Shown here: positions 50,801 to 64,000 of the stretch, piece by piece
Position numbering within the stretch: position 1 is the stretch's first letter
How the letters are laid out: the number at the start of each line of letters is the position of its first letter
NCBI GenBank assembly: GCA_047495785.1
Contig: JBLDXI010000063.1
Coordinates: 310,001 to 374,000 of the forward strand
Direction of reading: 5' to 3'
Source of the DNA: Lepidodermella squamata
Taxonomy: Eukaryota; Animalia; Gastrotricha
DNA length: 64,000 nucleotides
Position numbers and translations under genes: made by a program
The notes under the pieces: model-generated
What the model was told of the DNA's origin: nothing
Databases searched by the model: none
The model's input: only the letters and a program-made list of their open reading frames with translations

Positions 50801-53800
50801 GGTATTCCCAGCGAGCCTGAGCGGGCTAACATGGCTGTTTTCAGCCGTCACACGTACTGCCAGTATTCGGCATCATGCCCACTCGTGGCGAATCAACGCC
50901 ATCCGTGCATCATTCGATCGTGGCAGCAATTGCAAACGAAATAGCACCCGATTGAGGCACATCGCTGTCGACGCGGTATGGCGTATGGCGTAGCGGCATG
51001 TCGTAGCGAGCCTGAGCGGGCTAACATGGCTGTTTTCTACCGTTTCACGTACTGCCAGTATTCGGCATCAGCCCACTCGTGGCAAATCAACGCCATCCGT
51101 GCATCATTCGATCGTGGCAGCAATTGCAAACGCAACGGCAGCCGATGGAGGTACATCGCTGTTGACGCGGTATTCGCAGCGAGCCTGAGCGGGCTGACAT
51201 GGTTGTTTTCAGCCGTTTCACGTACTGCCGGTATTCGGCATCATCCCACTCGTGGCGAATCAACGCAATCCGTACATCATTCGATCGTGGCAGCAATTGC
51301 AAACGCAATGGCAGCCGATTGAGGCACATCGCTGTCGACGCGGTATTCGTAGCGAGCCTGAGCGGGCTAACATGGCTGTTTTCAGCCGTTTCACGTACTG
51401 CCGGTATTCGGTATGATGCCCAATCGTGGCGAATCAACGCCATCCGTGCATCATTCGATCGTGGCAGCAATTGCAAACGAAATAGCACCCGATTGAGGCA
51501 CATCGCTGTCGACGCGGTATTCGCAGCGAGCCTGAGCGGGCTGACATGGTTGTTTTCAGCCGTTTAAAGTACTGCCGGTATTCGGCATCATGCCCACTCG
51601 TGGCGAATCAACGCCATCCGTGCATCATTCGATCGTGGCAGCAATTGCAAACGCAATAGCACCCGATTGAGGCACATCGCTGTTGACGCGGTATTCGCAG
51701 CAAGCCTGAGCGGGCTAACATGGCTGTTTTCAGCTGTTTCACGTACTGCCGGTATTCGGCATCATCCCACTCGTGGCGAATCAACGCAATCCGTACATCA
51801 TTCGATCGTGGCAGCAATTGCAAACGAAATAGCACCCGATTGAGGCACATCGCTGTCGACGCGGTATTCGCAGCAAGCCTGAGCGGGCTAACATGGCTGT
51901 TTTCAGCCGTCACACGTACTGCCGGTATTCGGCATCATGCCCACTCGTGGCAAATCAACGCAATCCGTACATCATTCGATCGTGGCAGCAATTGCAAACG
52001 AAATAGCACCCGATTGAGGCACATCGCTGTCGACGCGGTATGGCGTATGGCGTAGCGGCATGGCGTAGCGAGCCTGAGCGGGCTAACATGGCTGTTTTCA
52101 GCCGTTTCACGTACTGCCGGTATTCGGCATCATCCCACTCGTGGCGAATCAACGCAATCCGTACATCATTCGATCGTGGCAGCAATTGCAAACGCAATGG
52201 CAGCCGATTGAGGCACATCGCTGTTGACGCGGTATTCGTAGCGAGCCTGAGCGGGCTAACATGGCTGTTTTCAGCCGTTTCACGTACTGCCGGTATTCGG
52301 TATGATGCCCAATCGTGGCGAATCAACGCCATCCGTGCATCATTCGATCGTGGCAGCAATTGCAAACGAAATAGCACCCGATTGAGGCACATCGCTGTCG
52401 ACGCGGTATTCGCAGCGAGCCTGAGCGGGCTGACATGGTTGTTTTCAGCCGTTTAAAGTACTGCCGGTATTCGGCATCATGCCCACTCGTGGCGAATCAA
52501 CGCCATCCGTGCATCATTCGATCGTGGCAGCAATTGCAAACGCAATAGCACCCGATTGAGGCACATCGCTGTTGACGCGGTATTCGCAGCAAGCCTGAGC
52601 GGGCTAACATGGCTGTTTTCAGCTGTTTCACGTACTGCCGGTATTCGGCATCATCCCACTCGTGGCGAATCAACGCAATCCGTACATCATTCGATCGTGG
52701 CAGCAATTGCAAACGAAATAGCACCCGATTGAGGCACATCGCTGTCGACGCGGTATTCGCAGCAAGCCTGAAGAGCGGGCTAACATGGCTGTTTTCAGCC
52801 GTCACACGTACTGCCGGTATTCGGCATCATGCCCACTCGTGGCAAATCAACGCAATCCGTACATCATTCGATCGTGGCAGCAATTGCAAACGAAATAGCA
52901 CCCGATTGAGGCACATCGCTGTCGACGCGGTATGGCGTATGGCGTAGCGGCATGGCGTAGCGAGCCTGAGCGGGCTAACATGGCTGTTTTTTACCGTTTC
53001 ACGTACTGCCAGTATTCGGCATCAGCCCACTCGTGGGCGAATCAACGCATCCGTGCATCATTCGATCGTGGCAGCAATTGCAAACGAAATAGCACCCGAT
53101 TGAGGCACATCGCTGTTGACGCGTATTCGCAGCAAGCCTGAGCGGGCTGACATGGCTGTTTTCAGCCGTTTCACGTACTGCCGGTATTCGGCATCATCCC
53201 ACTCGTGGCGAATCAACGCCATCCGTGCATCATTCGATCGTGGCAGCAATCGCAAACGCAATAGCACCCGATTGAGGCACATCGCTGTTGACGCGGTATT
53301 CGCAGCAAGCCTGAGCGGGCTAACATGGCTGTTTTCAGCCGTTTCACGTACTGCCGGTATTCGGCATCATCCCACTCGTGGCGAATCAACGCAATCCGTA
53401 CATCATTCGATCGTGGCAGCAATTGCAAACGCAATGGCAGCCGATTGAGGCACATCGCTGTTGACGCGGTATTCGTAGCGAGCCTGAGCGGGCTAACATG
53501 GCTGTTTTCAGCCGTTTCACGTACTGCCGGTATTCGGTATGATGCCCAATCGTGGCGAATCAACGCCATCCGTGCATCATTCGATCGTGGCAGCAATTGC
53601 AAACGAAATAGCACCCGATTGAGGCACATCGCTGTCGACGCGGTATTCGCAGCGAGCCTGAGCGGGCTGACATGGTTGTTTTCAGCCGTTTAAAGTACTG
53701 CCGGTATTCGGCATCATGCCCACTCGTGGCGAATCAACGCCATCCGTGCATCATTCGATCGTGGCAGCAATTGCAAACGCAATAGCACCCGATTGAGGCA

Positions 53801-56800
53801 CATCGCTGTTGACGCGGTATTCGCAGCAAGCCTGAGCGGGCTAACATGGCTGTTTTCAGCTGTTTCACGTACTGCCGGAATTCGGCATCATGCACACTCG
53901 TGGCGAATCAACGCAATCCGTACATCATTCGATCGTGGCAGCAATTGCAAACGAAATAGCACCCGATTGAGGCACATCGCTGTCGACGCGGTATTCGCAG
54001 CAAGCCTGAGCGGGCTAACATGGCTGTTTTCAGCCGTCACACGTACTGCCGGTATTCGGCATCATGCCCACTCGTGGCAAATCAACGCAATCCGTACATC
54101 ATTCGATCGTGGCAGCAATTGCAAACGAAATAGCACCCGATTGAGGCACATCGCTGTCGACGCGGTATGGCGTATGGCGTAGCGGCATGGCGTAGCGAGC
54201 CTGAGCGGGCTAACATGGCTGTTTTTTACCGTTTCACGTACTGCCAGTATTCGGCATCAGCCCACTCGTGGCGAATCAACGCCATCCGTGCATCATTCGA
54301 TCGTGGCAGCAATTGCAAACGAAATAGCACCCGATTGAGGCACATCGCTGTTGACGCGGTATTCGCAGCAAGCCTGAGCGGGCTAACATGGCTGTTTTCA
54401 GCTGTTTCACGTACTGCCGGTATTCGGCATCATCCCACTCGTGGCGAATCAACGCCATCCGTGCATCATTCGATCGTGGCAGCAATCGCAAACGCAATAG
54501 CACCCGATTGAGGACATCGCTGTTGACGCGGTATTCGCAGCAAGCCTGAGCGGGCTAACATGGCTGTTTTCAGCCGTTTCACGTACTGCCGGTATTCGGC
54601 ATCATCCCACTCGTGGCGAATCAACGCAATCCGTACATCATTCGATCGTGGCAGCAATTGCAAACGCAATGGCAGCCGATTGAGGCACATCGCTGTTGAC
54701 GCGGTATTCGTAGCGAGCCTGAGCGGGCTAACATGGCTGTTTTCAGCCGTTTCACGTACTGCCGGTATTCGGTATGATGCCCAATCGTGGCGAATCAACG
54801 CCATCCGTGCATCATTCGATCGTGGCAGCAATTGCAAACGAAATAGCACCCGATTGAGGCACATCGCTGTCGACGCGGTATTCGCAGCGAGCCTGAGCGG
54901 GCTGACATGGTTGTTTTCAGCCGTTTAAAGTACTGCCGGTATTCGGCATCATGCCCACTCGTGGCGAATCAACGCCATCCGTGCATCATTCGATCGTGGC
55001 AGCAATTGCAAACGCAATAGCACCCGATTGAGGCACATCGCTGTTGACGCGGTATTCGCAGCAAGCCTGAGCGGGCTAACATGGCTGTTTTCAGCTGTTT
55101 AAAGTACTGCCGGTATTCGGCATCATGCCCACTCGTGGCGAATCAACGCCATCCGTGCATCATTCGATCGTGGCAGCAATTGCAAACGCAATAGCACCCG
55201 ATTGAGGCACATCGCTGTTGACGCGGTATTCGCAGCAAGCCTGAGCGGGCTAACATGGCTGTTTTCAGCTGTTTCACGTACTGCCGGTATTCGGCATCAT
55301 CCCACTCGTGGCGAATCAACGCAATCCGTACATCATTCGATCGTGGCAGCAATTGCAAACGAAATAGCACCCGATTGAGGCACATCGCTGTTGACGCGGT
55401 ATTCGCAGCAAGCCTGAGCGGGCTGACATGGTTGTTTTCAGCCGTCACACGTACTGCCAGTATTCGGCATCATGCCCACTCGTGGCGAATCAACGCCATC
55501 CGTGCATCATTCGATCGTGGCAGCAATTGCAAACGAAATAGCACCCGATTGAGGCACATCGCTGTCGACGCGGTATGGCGTATTGCGTAGCGGCATGGCG
55601 TAGCGAGCCTGAGCGAGCTAACATGGCTGTTTTTTACCGTTTCACGTACTGCCAGTATTCGGCATCAGCCCACTCGTGGCAAATCAACGCCATCCGTGCA
55701 TCATTCGATCGTGGCAGCAATTGCAAACGCAATGGCAGCCGATGGAGGTACATCGCTGTTGACGCGGTATTCGCAGCGAGCCTGAGCGTGCTGACATGGT
55801 TGTTTTCAGCCGTTTAAAGTACTGCCGGTATTCGGCATCATGCCCACTCGTGGCGAATCAACGCCATCCGTGCATCATTCGATCGTGGCAGCAATTGCAA
55901 ACGAAATAGCACCCGATTGAGGCACATCGCTGTTGACGCGGTATTCGCAGCAAGCCTGAGCGGGCTAACATGGCTGTTTTCAGCCGTCGCACGTACTGCC
56001 GGTATTCGGCATCATGCACACTCGTGGCGAATCAACGCCATCCGTGCATCATTCGATCGTGGCAGCAATTGCAAACGAAATAGCACCCGATTGAGGCACA
56101 TCGCTGTTGACGCGGTATTCGCAGCAAGCCTGAGCGGGCTGACATGGCTGTTTTCAGCCGTTTCACGTACTGCCGGTATTCGGCATCATCCCACTCGTGG
56201 CGAATCAACGCCATCCGTGCATCATTCGATCGTGGCAGCAATCGCAAACGCAATAGCACCCGATTGAGGCACATCGCTGTTGACGCGGTATTCGCAGCGA
56301 GCCTGAGCGGGCTGACATGGTTGTTTTCAGCCGTTTAAAGTACTGCCGGTATTCGGCATCATGCCCACTCGTGGCGAATCAACGCCATCCGTGCATCATT
56401 CGATCGTGGCAGCAATTGCAAACGCAATAGCACCCGATTGAGGCACATCGCTGTTGACGCGGTATTCGCAGCAAGCCTGAGCGGGCTAACATGGCTGTTT
56501 TCAGCTGTTTCACGTACTGCCGGTATTCGGCATCATCCCACTCGTGGCGAATCAACGCAATCCGTACATCATTCGATCGTGGCAGCAATTGCAAACGAAA
56601 TAGCACCCGATTGAGGCACATCGCTGTCGACGCGGTATTCGCAGCAAGCCTGAGCGGGCTAACATGGCTGTTTTCAGCCGTCACACGTACTGCCGGTATT
56701 CGGCATCATCCCACTCGTGGCAAATCAACGCAATCCGTACATCATTCGATCGTGGCAGCAATTGCAAACGCAATAGCACCCGATTGAGGCACATCGCTGT

Positions 56801-59800
56801 TGACGCGGTATTCGTAGCGAGCCTGAGCGGGCTAACATGGCTGTTTTCAGCCGTCACACGTACTGCCGGTATTCGGCATCATGCCCACTCGTGGCGAATC
56901 AACGCCATCCGTGCATCATTCGATCGTGGCAGCAATTGCAAACGAAATAGCACCCGATTGAGGCACATCGCTGTTGACGCGGTATTCGCAGCAAGCCTGA
57001 GCGGGCTGACATGGTTGTTTTCAGCCGTCACACGTACTGCCGGTATTCGGCATCATGCCCACTCGTGGCAAATCAACGCAATCCGTACATCATTCGATCG
57101 TGGCAGCAATTGCAAACGAAATAGCACCCGATTGAGGCACATCGCTGTCGACGCGGTATTCGCAGCAAGCCTGAGCGGGCTAACATGGCTGTTTTCAGCC
57201 GTCACACGTACTGCCGGTATTCGGCATCATGCCCACTCGTGGCAAATCAACGCAATCCGTACATCATTCGATCGTGGCAGCAATTGCAAACGAAATAGCA
57301 CCCGATTGAGGCACATCGCTGTCGACGCGGTATGGCGTATGGCGTAGCGGCATGGCGTAGCGAGCCTGAGCGGGCTAACATGGCTATTTTCAGCCGTCAC
57401 ACGTACTGCCAGTATTCGGCATCATGCCCACTCGTGGCGAATCAACGCCATCCGTGCATCATTCGATCGTGGCAGCAATTGCAAACGAAATAGCACCCGA
57501 TTGAGGCACATCGCTGTTGACGCGGTATTCGCAGCAAGCCTGAGCGGGCTAACATGGCTGTTTTCAGCTGTTTCACGTACTGCCGGTATTCGGCATCATC
57601 CCACTCGTGGCGAATCAACGCAATCCGTACATCATTCGATCGTGGCAGCAATTGCAAACGAAATAGCACCCGATTGAGGCACATCGCTGTCGACGCGGTA
57701 TTCGCAGCAAGCCTGAGCGGGCTAACATGGCTGTTTTCAGCCGTCACACGTACTGCCGGTATTCGGCATCATGCCCAGTCGTGGCAAATCAACGCAATCC
57801 GTACATCATTCGATCGTGGCAGCAATTGCAAACGAAATAGCACCCGATTGAGGCACATCGCTGTCGACGCGGTATGGCGTATGGCGTAGCGGCATGGCGT
57901 AGCGAGCCTGAGCGGGCTAACATGGCTGTTTTTTACCGTTTCACGTACTGCCAGTATTCGGCATCAGCCCACTCGTGGCAAATCAACGCCATCCGTGCAT
58001 CATTCGATCGTGGCAGCAATTGCAAACGCAATGGCAGCCGATGGAGGTACATCGCTGTTGACGCGGTATTCGCAGCGAGCCTGAGCGTGCTGACATGGTT
58101 GTTTTCAGCCGTTTAAAGTACTGCCGGTATTCGGCATCATGCCCACTCGTGGCGAATCAACGCCATCCGTGCATCATTCGATCGTGGCAGCAATTGCAAA
58201 CGAAATAGCACCCGATTGAGGCACATCGCTGTCGACGCGGTATGGCGTATGGCGTAGCGGCATGGCGTAGCGAGCCTGAGCGGGCTAACATGGCTGTTTT
58301 TTTACCGTTTCACGTACTGCCAGTATTCGGCATCAGCCCACTCGTGGCAAATCAACGCCATCCGTGCATCATTAGATCGTGGCAGCAATTGCAAACGCAA
58401 TGGCAGCCGATGGAGGTACATCGCTGTTGACGCGGTATTCGCAGCGAGCCTGAGCGTGCTGACATGGTTGTTTTCAGCCGTTTAAAGTACTGCCGGTATT
58501 CGGCATCATGCCCACTCGTGGCGAATCAACGCCATCCGTGCATCATTCGATCGTGGCAGCAATTGCAAACGAAATAGCACCCGATTGAGGCACATCGCTG
58601 TTGACGCGGTATTCGCAGCAAGCCTGAGCGGGCTAACATGGCTGTTTTCAGCCGTCGCACGTACTGCCGGTATTCGGCATCATCCCACTCATGGCGAATC
58701 TACGCCATCCGTGCATCATTCGATCGTGGCAGCAATTGCAAACGCAATGGCAGCCGATTGAGGCACATCGCTGTCGACGCGGTATTCGTAGCGAGCCTGA
58801 GCGGGCTAACATGGCTGTTTTCAGCCGTTTCACGTACTGCCGGTATTCGGCATCATCCCACTCGTGGCGAATCAACGCCATCCGTGCATCATTCGATCGT
58901 GGCAGCAATTGCAAACGCAATAGCACCCGATTGAGGCACATCGCTGTTGACGCGGTATTCGTAGCGAGCCTGAGCGGGCTAACATGGCTGTTTTCAGCCG
59001 TCACACGTACTGCCGGTATTCGGCATCATGCCCACTCGTGGCGAATCAACGCCATCCGTGCATCATTCGATCGTGCAGCAATTGCAAACGCAATGGCAGC
59101 CGATTGAGGCACATCGCTGTTGACGCGGTATTCGCAGCAAGCCTGACCGGGCTAACATGGCTGTTTTCAGCCGTCGCACGTACTGCCGGTATTCGGCATC
59201 ATCCCACTCATGGCGAATCTACGCCATCCGTGCATCATTCGATCGTGGCAGCAATTGCAAACGCAATGGCAGCCGATTGAGGCACATCGCTGTCGACGCG
59301 GTATTCGTAGCGAGCCTGAGCGGGCTAACATTGCTGTTTTCAGCCGTTTCACGTACTGCCGGTATTCGGCATCATCCCACTCGTGGCGAATCAACGCCAT
59401 CCGTGCATCATTCGATCGTGGCAGCAATTGCAAACGCAATAGCACCCGATTGAGGCACATCGCTGTTGACGCGGTATTCGTAGCGAGCCTGAGCGGGCTA
59501 ACATGGCTGTTTTCAGCCGTCACACGTACTGCCGGTATTCGGCATCATGCCCACTCGTGGCGAATCAACGCCATCCGTGCATCATTCGATCGTGGCAGCA
59601 ATTGCAAACGCAATGGCAGCCGATTGAGGCACATCGCTGTTGACGCGGTATTCGCAGCAAGCCTGAGCGGGCTAACATGGCTGTTTTCAGCCGTCACACG
59701 TACTGCCGGTATTCGGCATCATGCCCACTCGTGGCAAATCAACGCAATCCGTACATCATTCGATCGTGGCAGCAATTGCAAACGCAATAGCACCCGATTG

Positions 59801-62800
59801 AGGCACATCGCTGTTGACGCGGTATTCGCAGCAAGCCTGAGCGGGCTAACATGGCTGTTTTCAGCTGTTTCACGTACTGCCGGTATTCGGCATCATCCCA
59901 CTCGTGGCGAATCAACGCAATCCGTACATCATTCGATCGTGGCAGCAATTGCAAACGAAATAGCACCCGATTGAGGCACATCGCTGTCGACGCGGTATGG
60001 CGTATGGCGTAGCGGCATGGCGTAGCGAGCCTGAGCGGGCTAACATGGCTGTTTTCAGCCGTTTAAAGTACTGCCGGTATTCGGCATCATGCACACTCGT
60101 GGCGAATCAACGCCATCCGTGCATCATTCGATCGTGGCAGCAATTGCAAACGCAATAGCACCCGATTGAGGCACATCGCTGTTGACGCGGTATTCGCAGC
60201 AAGCCTGAGCGGGCTAACATGGCTGTTTTCAGCTGTTTCACGTACTGCCGGTATTCGGCATCATCCCACTCGTGGCGAATCAACGCCATCCGTGCATCAT
60301 TCGATCGTGCAGCAATTGCAAACGCAATAGCACCCGATTGAGGCACATCGCTGTTGACGCGGTATTCGTAGCGAGCCTGAGCGGGCTAACATGGCTGTTT
60401 TCAGCCGTCGCACGTACTGCCGGTATTCGGCATCATGCACACTCGTGGCGAATCAACGCCATCCGTGCATCATTCGATCGTGGCAGCAATTGCAAACGAA
60501 ATAGCACCCGATTGAGGCACATCGCTGTCGACGCGGTATTCGCAGCAAGCCTGAGCGGGCTAACATGGCTGTTTTCAGCCGTCACACGTACTGCCGGTAT
60601 TCGGCATCATCCCACTCATGGCGAATCTACGCCATCCGTGCATCATTCGATCGTGGCAGCAATTGCTAACGCAATAGCACCCGATTGAGGCACATCGCTG
60701 TCGACGCGGTATTCGCAGCAAGCCTGAGCGGGCTAACATGGCTGTTTTCAGCCGTCGCACGTACTGCCGGTATTCGGCATCATGCACACTCGTGGCGAAT
60801 CAACGCCATCCGTGCATCATTCGATCGTGGCAGCAATTGCAAACGAAATAGCACCCGATTGAGGCACATCGCTGTTGACGCGGTATTCGTAGCGAGCCTG
60901 AGCGGGCTAACATGGCTGTTTTCAGCCGTCACACGTACTGCCGGTATTCGGCATCATGCCCACTCGTGGCGAATCAACGCCATCCGTGCATCATTCGATC
61001 GTGGCAGCAATTGCAAACGAAATAGCACCCGATTGAGGCACATCGCTGTTGACGCGGTATTCGCAGCAAGCCTGAGCGGGCTGACATGGTTGTTTTCAGC
61101 CGTCACACGTACTGCCGGTATTCGGCATCATGCCCACTCGTGGCAAATCAACGCAATCCGTACATCATTCGATCGTGGCAGCAATTGCAAACGAAATAGC
61201 ACCCGATTGAGGCACATCGCTGTCGACGCGGTATTCGCAGCAAGCCTGAGCGGGCTAACATGGCTGTTTTCAGCCGTCGCACGTACTGCCGGTATTCGGC
61301 ATCATGCCCACTCGTGGCAAATCAACGCAATCCGTACATCATTCGATTGTGGCAGCAATTGCAAACGAAATAGCACCCGATTGAGGCACATCGCTGTCGA
61401 CGCGGTATGGCGTATGGCGTAGCGGCATGGCGTAGCGAGCCTGAGCGGGCTAACATGGCTATTTTCAGCCGTCACACGTACTGCCAGTATTCGGCATCAT
61501 GCCCACTCGTGGCGAATCAACGCCATCCGTGCATCATTCGATCGTGGCAGCAATTGCAAACGAAATAGCACCCGATTGAGGCACATCGCTGTTGACGCGG
61601 TATTCGCAGCAAGCCTGAGCGGGCTAACATGGCTGTTTTCAGCTGTTTCACGTACTGCCGGTATTCGGCATCATCCCACTCGTGGCGAATCAACGCAATC
61701 CGTACATCATTCGATCGTGGCAGCAATTGCAAACGAAATAGCACCCGATTGAGGCACATCGCTGTCGACGCGGTATTCGCAGCAAAGCCTGAGCGGGCTA
61801 ACATGGCTGTTTTCAGCCGTCGCACGTACTGCCGGTATTCGGCATCATCCCACTCATGGCGAATCTACGCCATCCGTGCATCATTCGATCGTGGCAGCAA
61901 TTGCAAACGCAATGGCAGCCGATTGAGGCACATCGCTGTCGACGCGGTATTCGTAGCGAGCCTGAGCGGGCTAACATGGCTGTTTTCAGCCGGTTTCACG
62001 TACTGCCGGTATTCGGCATCATCCCACTCGTGGCGAATCAACGCCATCCGTGCATCATTCGATCGTGGCAGCAATTGCAAACGCAATAGCACCCGATTGA
62101 GGCACATCGCTGTTGACGCGGTATTCGTAGCGAGCCTGAGCGGGCTAACATGGCTGTTTTCAGCCGTCACACGTACTGCCGGTATTCGGCATCATGCCCA
62201 CTCGTGGCGAATCAACGCCATCCGTGCATCATTCGATCGTGGCAGCAATTGCAAACGCAATGGCAGCCGATTGAGGCACATCGCTGTTGACGCGGTATTC
62301 GCAGCAAGCCTGAGCGGGCTAACATGGCTGTTTTCAGCCGTCACACGTACTGCCGGTATTCGGCATCATGCTCACTCGTGGCAAATCAACGCAATCCGTA
62401 CATCATTCGATCGTGGCAGCAATTGCAAACGAAATAGCACCCGATTGAGGCACATCGCTGTCGACGCGGTATGGCGTATGGCGTAGCGGCATGGCGTAGC
62501 GAGCCTGAGCGGGCTAACATGGCTGTTTTCAGCCGTTTAAAGTACTGCCGGTATTCGGCATCATGCCCACTCGTGGCGAATCAACGCCATCCGTGCATCA
62601 TTCGATCGTGGCAGCAATTGCAAACGCAATAGCACCCGATTGAGGCACATCGCTGTTGACGCGGTATTCGTAGCGAGCCTGAGCGGGCTAACATGGCTGT
62701 TTTCAGCCGTCACACGTACTGCCGGTATTCGGCATCATGCCCACTCGTGGCGAATCAACGCCATCCGTGCATCATTCGATCGTGGCAGCAATTGCAAACG

Positions 62801-64000
62801 CAATGGCAGCCGATTGAGGCACATCGCTGTTGACGCGGTATTCGCAGCAAGCCTGAGCGGGCTAACATGGCTGTTTTCAGCCGTCACACGTACTGCCGGT
62901 ATTCGGCATCATGCTCACTCGTGGCAAATCAACGCAATCCGTACATCATTCGATCGTGGCAGCAATTGCAAACGAAATAGCACCCGATTGAGGCACATCG
63001 CTGTCGACGCGGTATGGCGTATGGGCGTAGCGGCATGGCGTAGCGAGCCTGAGCGGGCTAACATGGGCTGTTTTCAGCCGTTTAAAGTACTGCCGGTATT
63101 CGGCATCATGCCCACTCGTGGCGAATCAACGCCATCCGTGCATCATTCGATCGTGGCAGCAATTGCAAACGCAATAGCACCCGATTGAGGCACATCGCTG
63201 TTGACGCGGTATTCGCAGCAAGCCTGAGCGGGCTAACATGGCTGTTTTCAGCCGTCACACGTACTGCCGGTATTCGGCATCATCCACTCATGGCGAATCT
63301 ACGCCATCCGTGCATCATTCGATCGTGGCAGCAATTGCAAACGAAATAGCACCCGATTGAGGCACATCGCTGTTGACGCGGTATTCGTAGCGAGCTGAGC
63401 GGGCTAACATGGCTGTTTTCAGCCGTCACACGTACTGCCGGTATTCGGCATCATGCCCACTCGTGGCGAATCAACGCCATCCGTGCATCATTCGATCGTG
63501 GCAGCAATTGCAAACGAAATAGCACCCGATTGAGGCACATCGCTGTTGACGCGGTATTCGCAGCAAGCCTGAGCGGGCTGACATGGTTGTTTTCAGCCGT
63601 CACACGTACTGCCGGTATTCGGCATCATGCCCACTCGTGGCAAATCAACGCAATCCGTACATCATTCGATCGTGGCAGCAATTGCAAACGAAATAGCACC
63701 CGATTGAGGCACATCGCTGTCGACGCGGTATTCGCAGCAAGCCTGAGCGGGCTAACATGGCTGTTTTCAGCCGTCACACGTACTGCCGGTATTCGGCATC
63801 ATGCCCACTCGTGGCAAATCAACGCAATCCGTACATCATTCGATTGTGGCAGCAATTGCAAACGAAATAGCACCCGATTGAGGCACATCGCTGTCGACGC
63901 GGTATGGCGTATGGCGTAGCGGCATGGCGTAGCGAGCCTGAGCGGGCTAACATGGCTATTTTCAGCCGTCACACGTACTGCCAGTATTCGGCATCATGCC

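Larger units (their letters stand above)
14552..64000 (+). repeat. Tandem satellite array, 174-bp monomer (173/178/195-bp variants), ~280 copies, runs off the window
   Basis: Representative monomer 33037-33210: TGGCTGTTTTCAGCCGTCGCACGTACTGCCGGTATTCGGCATCATGCACACTCGTGGCGAATCAACGCCATCCGTGCATCATTCGATCGTGGCAGCAATTGCAAACGCAATAGCACCCGATTGAGGCACATCGCTGTTGACGCGGTATTCGCAGCAAGCCTGAGCGGGCTAACA. It repeats head-to-tail with no spacers or foreign insertions seen. Confidence 0.99.

Noticed and set aside
14521-64000. Hundreds of ORFs in the array as protein-coding genes
   Set aside because: All are translations of the same monomer in various frames and strands. They are broken by common frameshifting length variants and a TAA variant, and show no recognisable domain.
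14552-64000. CRISPR array
   Set aside because: No unique spacers, the whole unit repeats, the context is eukaryotic, and there are no cas genes.

Overview
Eukaryotic (most likely animal) genomic DNA with two sharply different parts. 1-14.5 kb is a compact gene region with GT-AG introns. It carries a SET/TAF-I histone chaperone (- strand, 3 coding exons), head-to-head with MBF1/EDF1 (+, 2 exons), a COP1/RFWD2 RING-coiled-coil-WD40 E3 ligase expanded by low-complexity inserts (+, 4 exons, ~1026 aa), a secreted two-domain C-type lectin (+, 3 exons), and a GC-rich promoter-like stretch with no assignable gene. From 14552 to the end of the window is one tandem satellite array of ~280 monomers. The monomer is 174 bp, with 173, 178 and 195 bp variants, ~56% GC and CpG-rich, and reads as a chain of short hairpins. 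The array has layered variant zones, local multi-monomer duplications and an internal ~2.2 kb inverted block (30386-32620) with fold-back palindromes at both junctions. Nearly all ORFs listed after 14.5 kb are by-products of the repeat. All coordinates and counts were read by eye; no database search was run.
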